Translations under genes and position numbers: made by a program | Part shown: piece by piece, positions 27,738 to 38,475 of the stretch | Layout: every line of letters starts with the position of its first letter | Position numbering within the stretch: position 1 is the first letter of the stretch | Notes under the pieces: generated by a model | Database searches by the model: none | What the model was told of the DNA's origin: nothing | What the model saw: only the letters and a program-made list of their open reading frames with translations | Source: Octopus sinensis | Lineage: Eukaryota | Assembly: GCF_006345805.1 (NCBI RefSeq) | Contig: NC_043014.1 | Span: 41,106,001-41,170,000, forward strand | Direction: 5' to 3' | Length of the DNA: 64,000 bases

Positions 27738-28679
27738 CCCTCCTTCTTTCCTTCTTTCCTGAGCGTCCAATAATACTATATTTGTTCCACGTCCGCGTTG
27801 TTGTGTTTTTTGAGCTTTCTTGTTTGGATTAACTATATATATACACAAATATATATATGTGTGTGTGTGTGTAATGTGGGTTTGTGTGCACGTGAATAGT
27901 GTGTGTATCGCAGACAATGTTTTGTGTAGAGGATTGCAATTGTTGCTTGTTGTGGATGATTTATTTGATTCATAAAATACGCATAAACTGTTTAAACGTG
28001 CATGAAATACCCCAAAAATACAATATCAAAAGGCCCATAAAACAAAACGTAATATCCATTACACAAAACAATAAAATAACTCTAATAATATACAAGAAAA
28101 CTACTAAAAATTGGTCTTATTTATAACAAACTTGAACCTACGAAGAAACCACTAATGTGATTTGGAAATTCGACTGCAGATTCGGAAGTTGTAAATTTTT
28201 ACGACTTCAAGAATTATATTGGCCATACAGGACTAACGCTGTTCTACAGGTATGTTTTATACTTACAAGGAACTAATATGATGCATTATACAACGCAAGA
28301 ATAAATAAGACCAGATAAGAACAGACGCGTCTGAAATGGATGCTGAAAACCTGCAGGTGCTGGTACAGTGATGTGCCAACTTCAGCATTCACTTCTCATA
28401 AGAGGTACGGTTGATAAAGATGCCAAATTTGTCATCGTCATTTCGGTTTTAGCACCTATTCTCACCTAAGGCCATGAATGTTGGGTAATGACGAAAAAGT
28501 ACGATTGTGAATATAAACGACCGAAATGATGTCCCTCCAAAGGGTCTCTGAAATAACGTCAATCGACTGGGCGTGTAACTCGAACAGTTGCTACTTCTCT
28601 GCAGTGAGACGCCACAGATCTGGTACCACCGACATGGGATTAGAACGTCAAAGACAGATTCTTCAAGCTGAGTCAACCG

Positions 28680-28927
28680 ACTCTTGAGCAAGACACTTTA
28701 TTTCACGATGCTCCAGTTCACTCAGCTGTAGAAATGAGTTGTTACGTCACAGGTGCCAAGTTGTAGCGGCCTTTGCCTTTCCCTTTGATAACACTGGTGG
28801 CATGGAGAGGGGAGACCGGTATGCATGGGCAACTGCTGCTCTTCCATAAACATCCTTGCCCAGACTTGTGCCTGGGAGGGTAACTATCTAGGTGCAATCC
28901 AATAGTCTGTGTCGTGACTGAAGGGGG

Positions 28928-28930
<3 letters not shown>
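28680..28930 (+). mobile_element. SINE family D, 5'-truncated
   Basis: CTTGAGCAAGACACTTTATTTCACG CORE-like segment and a body shared with 41243-41567. Confidence 0.8.
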
Positions 28931-28972
<42 letters not shown>

Positions 28973-28973
<1 letters not shown>

Positions 28974-29177
28974 TTTATAATTAGGGTTCAGCAAAGATTT
29001 GCCTTACCACATACCGAAGTGTAGAAATAGCAGCCAAAAAACCTTAGCTATTTCTTCTACTTCAAAAAGGGACTCCCAGAAAAACCAAAATACTTGAAAA
29101 CAATCCACACAGGCAGAGAGACAAAATAACGAAAACCAATCAATATCTGGTCACCCATGTACGTGCGTTTCGGAATT
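28973..29177 (-). mobile_element. TA-embedded element with a hammerhead 3' remnant and the same terminal motif as the 558-bp array unit
   Basis: Minus strand starts CCGAAACGCACGTAC and ends AGAAATAG...TTTTTTGGCTGCTATTTCTA...TTCGGTATGTGGTAAGGCAAAT...CCCT. Confidence 0.55.
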
Positions 29178-29248
29178 ATATATATATATATATATACTCG
29201 TATAGGTTCTTGCTTGGATGTGAGTGCGTGTTTTTTATGATGATGATG

Positions 29249-29299
<51 letters not shown>

Positions 29300-29769
29300 T
29301 AATAATGCAAGGAGTGCTAAAAGGTTGTCTTAACTGGTACGTCACCCGTGTTGAGAACATCGTCACTGTGAATTCTTTTTCTCAGTTTTCTCTCCTTTCT
29401 TTTCTCTTCTACTTTTTTCTATATTCACTTTCCTTTTTCCCTTTTTTCCTTTTCCATCATATAACATGACATTGTATATAAACAATCTCTGTGTTTTAAT
29501 GACATACTGCGTCCATATAACAGAAGTGAGTTTCTTCGCTCTAGGTATCGGGAAGACACTCAGCAAGGAATGGAAATTATCACAATATATACATGTATAT
29601 TTACATGTACATATGCTTGTGCATATACATACATATATACATATGTATATATATATATATATATATAACATTATTGGTGAATTGAAGAAATGGAGCTGAA
29701 CGCAGATTGAACAGATTGCCATCATTCGGTCATCAGGATAGGGCGTATATAATAACATTAACATTTTAA

Positions 29770-30960
29770 GTAAGGACGGAGCGCGGCGGATACCGGGGTA
29801 GTCGCTCCCGCATTTAATTTAGCGAACAAGGATAATTATCGGTCCGGGAGGTCTTACACTACCCAAGACCCGTTATTCATCCGAGAATCACCCACCCAAA
29901 TGCGAGAGCTGGCGTCCCGACCCATCACACTGATAGGAATAGCATATATGGTTTGTAATCCCCTTTGGTAAGCAGATTAGAACTAACCTCCCCCTCATGT
30001 TTAGACAAGCCATCGCCAATAACTTCCCCAGAAATTCCAAATATTACTCCACGGTTAACTCACATAAAGTTAGGATAGCTTTCTCCAACACTAAAAACCT
30101 CGCCCAGATAATCGCCTCCCATAATAAGGCTACTTACTAAGACCCTATCACCTTTTTCGGAGGCACAGCCTCTTCCGCTCCCGGTTTAATGCTCAGTAGG
30201 AATAATTATAGTAGTAATAATGATATGAGAGCCAGTACAGTGACACATAATCTCAGCTCCAGCCAGGGAGTACCCACTAGGGGTATAGTTATAAATAGGG
30301 GTGTTGTGGTTGATGGTAACAATGGGAGTAGGGTAGAGAGCCCCTTTAGCATCCCCAGCATCATTTCCCGCAATAGCAGTACCACGGGCAGTAGCAATGA
30401 CAGCACTCTGATAGATGGGAGAATCAGGGGTTATTCCTATAGTTAATAGTGACGTAGTGGAAAATAGAGTAGTAAGCGGCTGCAGGTCTCGGAACGAATA
30501 TAGTGACAGGAACGCAGTTCTAATTTCAGAAACCAATCCTAGCAGAGTAAGATTCACGTCGGCGAACTCCAAGATCAGAAACGCCGTCTACCATGCAAGG
30601 TTTACACGGACTCAGATGCCTTCACTTATATAGGGGCATCATCCTCAAGATTGTCTTTGCGTGTCTCCAACCATTACGCAACTTTTCGGGACGTGAACAA
30701 GCGCCAGACCACGGGACTCAGTAAGCTAATATGGCGACTGAAGGATGCGAACTTAAGCTATAGGCTGGAATGGTCAATTTTGTCGGTGGCCCTCCCATTT
30801 GATAGGGGCAGAAGACAGTGCAACCTTTGTGTCTCCGAACTCTTCCATATTTTGTTGCCAGAGGCCGGATGGTAAACGGGCTCTTACAGTCGGCTTTTCG
30901 ATGCCCCCATTGGCGGCGTTACACTTATCTGGCCTTTAAATAGCGTTTATAAATAAGACC
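29770..30960 (+). mobile_element. Penelope-like element (PLE) 3' portion: RT thumb, long linker and GIY-YIG endonuclease, frameshifted
   Basis: 29946-30140 reads IWFVIPFGKQIRTNL...NNFPRNSKYYSTVNSHKVRIAFSNTKNLAQIIASHNK. From 30580 it reads NAVYHA/..TYIGASSSRLSLRVSNHYATFRD...TGLSKLIWRLKDANLSYRLEWSIL...CNLCVSELFHIL/...RCPHWRRY*, matching PLE consensus motifs. Confidence 0.9.
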
Positions 30961-31454
30961 GGCACCCCTAGCCCTTGGTAACAAATTCTGAAATAGATTT
31001 TAAGATATCTACAATTAACCACTGCAAGGGAAATTACTCCTGTAAGACAAACGGGGCTTGTTTTTTCACAGCGGGGGGTTTCCTTGTCAAGGTAGGCTTA
31101 GATGAACACACACACACACACATAAAACATAAAATATATATATATAATTTCTTTATTTTTTTTTCTTTCTGCCACCCAACGGTTATCACGGCAGTAGCCA
31201 CTGACAGCCGAACGATCAAACGCACACACGTACACAAAAATGTTTTCTACCCCTACGCCAACACACACATATATAGAACAGTATACACACACACACGTCT
31301 CTAAGTAGATTTTTTCTCGCCCCTTATAAAACATCCAATTTCTTTAAATAGTCAGAACTTTTTCTCGGTCACAAAGAACATCTATACACCCTCACCCACA
31401 TGTTTGACCGATGCCTGACCTGTTGAATTCTTCAGCCACCGGTTCTCAACATAC

Positions 31455-31558
31455 ACTGATAAACAGTTTCGCCATGGGCTCTAGGAGCACAGTTCGATTT
31501 GTTTTTTGCTCTGCCTCTGTTCTGTTTTTGTTTTTCCAACGGATTTCCTTTTTTCTTC
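31455..31558 (-). CDS. Candidate internal exon (RKKEIRWKNKNRTEAEQKTNRTVLLEPMAKLFIS)
   Basis: Acceptor TTGTGTCTTTCTCTTCAG, donor AGT|GTATGT, 104 nt, phase 1 to 0. No homology recognised. Confidence 0.28.
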
Positions 31559-31848
31559 CTGAAGAGAAAGACACAATATGGTCCCATTATTCAATCGGAT
31601 TTTGGTAATTTGTGCCTTTCGAAACACGTGTAGAATGAAATAAAACGATTTCTGTTCAATCTGCGCGTTCAGCTCCATTTCTTCAATTCACCAATAATGT
31701 TTTAATTTCAATTATCCGCACCAACGCACGGTTGCAACGCCAGATGGTTGTACCTCCAACCGTGCTGTTCACTGCTGTGATTTTTGCTACTAAGGTATCG
31801 GTTAAACTTTTGATTAATCTACTAAAATTATTCATCTTTCTATTTCAC

Positions 31849-31927
<79 letters not shown>

Positions 31928-31928
31928 C

Positions 31929-31983
<55 letters not shown>

Positions 31984-32159
31984 AAAGGGCTTAGTAAAAT
32001 AAATTACTTTGCCGCATACTGAACTCATTAGAAATAGCAGCTAAAAAAACTTTTTTAAAACTATTTCTAATACTTAAAGAAAACCTCTCTCATATAGTGT
32101 TTGCTCAATTCAACTCACGAAAGTATGGGGGTAGAGACATTAAAAAATCAAATGCAAAG

Positions 32160-32222
32160 GTTATTTGAGAACGTACGTTTCAAGATTAGTCAAACTCGAC
32201 ATTTCTATCATCAGCTCAGAAC
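32160..32222 (-). ncRNA. Type I hammerhead ribozyme fold, array copy 1
   Basis: GTTCTGAG-CTGATGA-TAGAAATGTCGAGTTTGACTAATCTT-GAAAC-GTAC-GTT/CTCAAATAAC. Stem I is TGAG:CTCA plus GTT:AAC; stem III is the palindromic ACGTACGT. Confidence 0.7.
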
Positions 32223-32717
32223 TCCCTGGTTTGGATTTGAAAAAACTGAAAGTGGGAGCATACCCTTTCGGCTTCTTATCGCTTCTGAAGATCTGCTCGA
32301 AACTAACAGTGCCAGCAAAGTCAAAAATGCAAGCGAAGAATTTCTGCTCTCCCCTTTCCACCAGCGTGGGTTAAAATCAGTAAACACTATGCTTTTTTCA
32401 GTAAAATCCGAGGCATTATATAGAGAGAGATGAATTATAATTTCAACAATTGAGGGTAAAATTAATTAATTAATCAATTTCACCAAGTATTCAGTATGCA
32501 AAGGGACCATTTAAGGCGAATTCAAATTATTACATTATATAAAAGGGCTTAGTAAAATAAATTACTTTGCCGCATACTGAACTCATTAGAAATAGCAGCT
32601 AAAAAAACTTTTTAAAAACTATTTCTAATACTTAAAGAAAACCTCTCTCATATAGTGTTTGCTCAATTCAACTCACGAAAGTATGGCGGTAGAGACATTA
32701 AAAAATCAAATGCAAAG

Positions 32718-32780
32718 GTTATTTGAGAACGTACGTTTCAAGATTAGTCAAACTCGACATTTCTATCATCAGCTTAGAAC
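32718..32780 (-). ncRNA. Type I hammerhead fold, array copy 2 (stem I variant TAAG)
   Basis: Same motif with a G>A change that creates an A.C mismatch in stem I. Confidence 0.6.
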
Positions 32781-33137
32781 TCCCTGGTTTGGATTTGAAA
32801 ACACTGAAAGTGGGAGCATACCCTTTCGGCTTCTTATCGCTTCTGAATGGTCCCTTTGCATACTGAATACTTGGTGAAATTGATTAATTAATTAATTTTA
32901 CCCTCAATTGTTGAAATTATAATTCATCTTCTCTATATAATGCCTCGGATTTTACCGAAAAAAGCATAGTGTTTACTGATTTTACCCACGCTGGTGGAGG
33001 TGGAAAGGGGAGAGCAGAAATTCTTCGCTTCATTTTTGAGTTTGCTGGCACTGTTAGTTTCGAGCAGATCTTCAGAAGCGATAAGAAGCCGAAAGGGTAT
33101 GCTCCCACTTTCAGTGTTTTCAAATCCAAACCAGGGA

Positions 33138-33200
33138 GTTCTAAGCTGATGATAGAAATGTCGAGTTTGACTAATCTTGAAACGTACGTTCTCAAATAAC
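33138..33200 (+). ncRNA. Type I hammerhead fold, array copy 3 (stem I variant TAAG)
   Basis: Identical to copy 2 in the opposite orientation. Confidence 0.6.
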
Positions 33201-33686
33201 CTTTGCATTTGATTTTTTAATGTCTCTACCCCCATACTTCGTGAGTTGAATTGAGCAACACCTATATGAGAGAGGTTTTTCTTAAGTATTAGAAATAGTT
33301 TAAAAAAAGTTTTTAGCTGCTATTTCTAATGAGTTCAGTATGCGGCAAAGTAATTTATTTTACTAAGCCCTTTTATATATGTAATAATGAATTCGCCTTA
33401 AATGGTCCCTTTGGATACTGAATACTTGGTGAATTGATTAATTAATTAATTTTACCCTCAATTGTGAAATTATATTCATCTCTCTCTATATAATGCCTCG
33501 GATTTTACCGAAAAAAGCATAGTGTTTACTGATTTTAACCCACGCTGGTGAAAGGGGAGAGCGCAGAAATTCTTCGCTTGCATTTTTGAGTTTGCTGGCA
33601 CTGTTAGTTTCGAGCAGATCTTCAGAAGCGATAGAAGCCGAAAGGGTATACTCCCACTTTCAGTGTTTTCAAATCCAAACCAGGGA

Positions 33687-33747
33687 GTTCTGAGCTGATG
33701 ATAGAAATTCGAGTTGACTAATCTTGAAACGTACGTTCTCAAATAAC
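33687..33747 (+). ncRNA. Type I hammerhead fold, array copy 4
   Basis: Core and stems I and III are intact; two 1-nt deletions in stem II. Confidence 0.6.
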
Positions 33748-34239
33748 CTTTGCATTTGATTTTTTAATGTCTCTACCCCCATACTTTCGTGAGTTGAATT
33801 GAGCAAACCTATATGAGAGAGGTTTTCTTTAAGTATTAGAAATTTTAAAAAAGTTTTTTTAGCTGCTATTTCTAATGAGTTCAGTATGCGGCAAAGTAAT
33901 TTATTTTACTAAGCCCTTTTATATAATGTAATAATTTGAATTCGCCTTAAATGGTCCCTTTGGATACTGAATACTTGGTGAAATTGATTAATTAATTATT
34001 TTACCCTCAATTGTTGAAATTATAATTCATCTCTCTCTATATAATGCCTCGGATTTTACCGAAAAAAGCATAGTGTTTACTGATTTTAACCCCGCGCTGG
34101 TGGAAAGGGGAGAGCAGAAATTCTTCGCTTGCATTTTTGAGTTTGCTGGCACTGTTTGTTTCGAGGCAGATCTTCAGAAGCGATAAGAAGCCGAAAGGGT
34201 ATACTCCCACTTTCAGTGTTTTCAAATCCAAACCAGGGA

Positions 34240-34301
34240 GTTCTGAGCTGATGATAGAAATGTCGAGTTGACTAATCTTGAAACGTACGTTCTCAAATAA
34301 C
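34240..34301 (+). ncRNA. Type I hammerhead fold, array copy 5
   Basis: Core and stems I and III are intact; one 1-nt deletion in loop II. Confidence 0.65.
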
Positions 34302-34869
34302 CTTTGCATTTGATTTTTTAATGTCTCTACCACCACCTACATTTTCGTGAGTTGAATTGAGCAAACACTATATGAGAGAGGTTTTCTTTAAGTATTAGAA
34401 ATAGTTTTAAAAAAGTTTTTTTTAGCTGCTATTTCTAATGAGTTCAGTATGCGGCAAAGTAATTTATTTTACTAAGCCCTTTTATATAATGTAATAATTT
34501 GAATTCGCCTTAAATGGTCCCTTTGCATACTGAATACTTGGTGAAATTGATTAATTAATAATTTTACCCTCCAATTGTTGAAATTATATATATATTATAT
34601 ATAACTAATATATAGATATACATATATATATATATGTGTATATATATGTATATATATATATATATATATCAATATATATATACACACACATCTATGCAGG
34701 TGTGTGTGTGTATGTGTATGCGAGTGTATATATTTGGTGGGTTGATTGCATTTGTTTGAATTCGTACTCATCTTCTTGAAATCTCAGGAACATGCCATCT
34801 CCAATCCTATCTTTTCTTTCTTTCTTTCTTTCCCTAAACGTCAGGGTTTTTGTCATCCCACTTCCGCTC

Positions 34870-35310
34870 CGCCCTTTTCGTTTCCCATCCTTCTATCCCT
34901 CATTTCATCCATCCTTTCGTCTATGCATTTCGTGCGTGGTCGCCGTTCTTTCCATCTTGAACTAACGGTTTTTACTAGCACAAGATGTACTTTTGCAAGC
35001 TATTCACCCGCGATAACGTGATCAACGAATTTTAATCTTAGTTTAACAATGAATGCAGTCAGATATCAATTGTTACCATATTGATCAATTTATTATTCTT
35101 TTCGTCCGCGATAGATTCAATAATCTCCTCCAGCACTTCGTTTCGTATGAATCAATTTTCCTTCTAACTTTGTTTGTTAATTGTTCTGCTTTGACATCCA
35201 CCCATCATTACAAGATATACAATTGGTTTCAACAATCCCTCTTTTGTTCTTTGCAACTGTCTTTTCTCCGTCTTGATTTTCTGTAGTATCGTGAGGGCAG
35301 CCCCTTTTCA
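34870..35310 (-). mobile_element. RTE (BovB-like) LINE 3' remnant
   Basis: Minus frames give AALTILQKIKTEKRQLQRTKEGLLKPIVYLVMMGGCQSRTI and RRKIDSYETKCWRRLLNLSRTKRIIN, matching the RTE ORF C-terminus. Confidence 0.8.
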
Positions 35311-35388
35311 AGAGCTCTTCTTCTTTTAAATAATTTCATTTGAGCATCTCCCACTTCATACATGCATACATACTTATAATATATATAT

Positions 35389-35448
<60 letters not shown>

Positions 35449-36145
35449 ATTATATATATATATATTATATATATGTATATATGTATATATATGTATGTAT
35501 GTGTGTGCTGTGTGCGTGTGTGTGTGTCTGGATGTGTATATATATATATAATTTATCTGCATGTGTCTGTTTTTGTACAGGCGCGATTGTGTATGCGTTA
35601 TACATTAACACACATGTATACTTGGTAATACAAACGGGAGCAATAAAAGTCAATAGATAAAGTGTATACATAGGCACACACATACACACGCGCGCATACA
35701 CACACATACACAAAGTCACACACACATATATATTTGCTACTCAATTTCCGTAATACTGAAAACTCTTAAATAGGTTTCCGTGCTAAACGTCTAACCGTTA
35801 GGCTTTCTGTCCTACATACAAACCCCTTTGAATTTATTTCTGAATCTCTGATGGGGTACACCTTCGGCATGGCCATCTGCTTTTTGCCGATGGTAATTTA
35901 ATTCACATATCAGTTTTATTATCTCTGTACTCGCCATCCGCCCGTATTGCATTAAAAGGGTTTACAACAAGCCAGAAACTAAATGCAATTAACTAGGACA
36001 TATATGTGTTTTCTGACCCATGCGTTGGAGCATAAGTCTATGAGCATGTGTGTAGAGCCTACTACTTCGCCTTGGTCTTAAAAGCTACGAAAACATACTT
36101 GTATACCCGGTCCGAGTCATTGGTGGCTCGATAGTACATGTAAAG

Positions 36146-36372
36146 AAGGCGGCGAGCTGGCAGAAACGTTAGCATGCCGGGCGAAATGCGTAGCCGTATT
36201 TCGTCTGCCGCAACGTTCTGAGTTCAAATTCCGCCGTGGTCGACTTTGCCTTTCATCCTTTCGGGGTTGATAAATTAAGTACCAGTTACGCACTGGGTCG
36301 ATATAATCGACTTTATCCGTTTGTCTGTCCTTGTTTGTCCTCTCTGTGTTTAGCCCCTTGTGGGTAGTAAAC
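36146..36372 (+). mobile_element. SINE family B, full monomer
   Basis: Head, body and tail are all present. Confidence 0.85.
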
Positions 36373-37237
36373 AAATAGATAGTAAATGTAAAGCACACAG
36401 CTGTATTTAATAATTTCTTTTTCCTTTCGGACAAGGAAGCATACTCTTTTGTAACATACCGTTGCCATGTCTTCTCTGGCCGGATTCCCTCCATATTCTA
36501 AACCTGTCTGTGACCATCAATGTTAGCAAAAGAGCTTACATTGATATTAACAGCATTTACAATATTTCGATATTTTCATTTGGCAAGATGGGTGCGAGAT
36601 CGAGGGGCGTTGGAGGAAAGTGTGAGAGATTGCTGTTTGTCATAGTTGTTGTAGGCAAAACGTCATAGGACCAATTCATACTTGTATTTTTGTCCTTAGA
36701 AACGGTATTATTGGTTTTTGAAGTAGCTTCGTGTAAAATAGTCTTTTTTAAATGTTTTTTTCTTTATATATAATCTTGATTTCAAAAATGTTGCTTTGAA
36801 AGTAGTCTCTGTTTTTTTTTTTTTAGCTATTTTGAGTGAATGCAACGAAGAAAGATCTATGTTCAAAATAGTTTTTGCTAGTATATAGAGGAAAACACAA
36901 AAACAAACCTCTCACGCTTTAAGTAACCAGTCTACAAGATACGACACAGGAATAAATATCTGATTGTTGGCAGAAAAAAGAACATCAATAAATTCGAATT
37001 CCGAAAGAGAGCTCGAAGTAAACACACGTTGTTAGGGAAAGAAGCAAGAAGCAAGAAGCATGACAATAAAAACAATAATAATCATTGATAGTAAAAAGAC
37101 TATAATGATATTATGGCTGATGACAAGGAAAATAATATGGAAATAAAATAAAGTTTATTTGGTTTTATAGGAAAAGATATTAACAACGACGAAGTAATGA
37201 GAAAAAATTGATAATGAAAGTCTGCAAAAGTGTGAAA

Positions 37238-37277
<40 letters not shown>

Positions 37278-37461
37278 TGTATGTACGTATATATATCTGT
37301 ATGTGCATCTTTATATATATATGTATATGTATATACACATATAAATTTGTGTATGAGTGTGTGTGCACTTTTTTTGATTTATCTTTAGTTAATAACCTTT
37401 GGACACAATTATTCACAGAAAAGTCTTGAAGCGTAATGATGTTGTACTCTATAGTTGTAGT

Positions 37462-37556
<95 letters not shown>

Positions 37557-37615
37557 CTATATAAAATATATATTATATTTATATATATATATATGTATGT
37601 ATATATATAAGATAT

Positions 37616-37649
<34 letters not shown>

Positions 37650-38017
37650 AATATTTTTTAGTCTTTATATGCTTAATTTTTTTCACTTTTTTTATTAGCT
37701 TATTAATATTTATTAATATTGTAAATATTATTGCTATAATTTCGTACATTCTGAATTGCTAACACACAGAGGTGTTAATATATCTGTACCATTCATATGT
37801 GTTGGTTCATTCGGTCGACCCCGCTATAAATGTGAGACCTTGAATGTTCTTTTATATTCTCACTTCGAATACTAACCGGATCATCTTTCTTTTCTCTTTG
37901 CTTCATCCTGCTTCAGAATAAAAATAAAGCATCTTTTATAAATCGCTACGAGGTTAAAAACGTTTACTTCGCAACTACGTGGTTCCAGATTTGAGTCCAT
38001 TGCATGGACGTTTAACG

Positions 38018-38143
38018 TGGACCGACCGCATCACCAACACCGAAGTTCTCAATCGCGCCAAGATACCCAGCATACTCACTCTGCTCCAGCAGCACCGTCT
38101 GCGCTGGCTCGGTCATGTACATTGCATGCCAACAGAAGAATAG
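38018..38143 (+). mobile_element. RTE-clade LINE fragment
   Basis: WTDRITNTEVLNRAKIPSILTLLQQHRLRWLGHVHCMP. Confidence 0.85.
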
Positions 38144-38144
38144 C

Positions 38145-38335
38145 AGGCCAACAGAAGAACGAGTGAGAGAAAGTTGTGGTGAAAGAGTACAACAGGGATC
38201 ACCACCACACTCTACCGGAACCTCTTGGGGCTTTTAGGTGTTTTCGCTCAATAAACACTCACAACGTCCGGTCTAGGAATCGAAACCGCGATCCTACGAC
38301 AGCGAGTCCGCTGCCCTAACCACTGGGTCATGTGC
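38145..38335 (-). mobile_element. SINE family C
   Basis: Reverse complement of the 17465 head and body. Confidence 0.75.
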
Positions 38336-38433
38336 GTTCGAGGTATCGTTGTTCACTGAATTCTGCAATTCGCATCAGTTCATGTGGATAGCTGCGCTTT
38401 TCATTGAAGGACGAGCCGAGTGATCCCACATCC

Positions 38434-38475
<42 letters not shown>

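Larger units (their letters stand above)
31976..34587. repeat. Tandem plus inverted array of ~558-bp hammerhead-containing units (retrozyme- or PLE pLTR-like)
   Basis: Forward copies at 31976-32533 and 32534-32847 (partial). Inverted copies at ~32846-33380, ~33381-33925, ~33926-34490, plus a partial copy to 34587. (TA)n lies on both sides. Confidence 0.92.

Noticed and set aside
32286-32312. CTGAAGATCTGCTCGAAAC on the opposite strand of the array unit as a second hammerhead
   Set aside because: Stem II cannot form, the triplet would be GUG, and no stem I pairing exists.
32101-32433. 110-aa ORF repeated in each array unit as a tandem gene or exon family
   Set aside because: It is antisense to the hammerhead, has no recognisable domain, and is broken by indels in other copies. 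It cannot be fully excluded, but the ribozyme-element reading explains the unit better.
32969-33199. GKGRAEILRFIFEFAG resembles the GST-sigma / S-crystallin N-terminus (GRAE..R)
   Set aside because: The frame depends on indels private to this one array copy, the other copies do not encode it, and no further GST motifs follow.
31976-34587. Array as a pure missed-adapter sequencing artefact
   Set aside because: The order is F,F,R,R,R rather than alternating, and substitutions are shared by subsets of copies. Some single-base indels in 33250-33950 may still be read errors.
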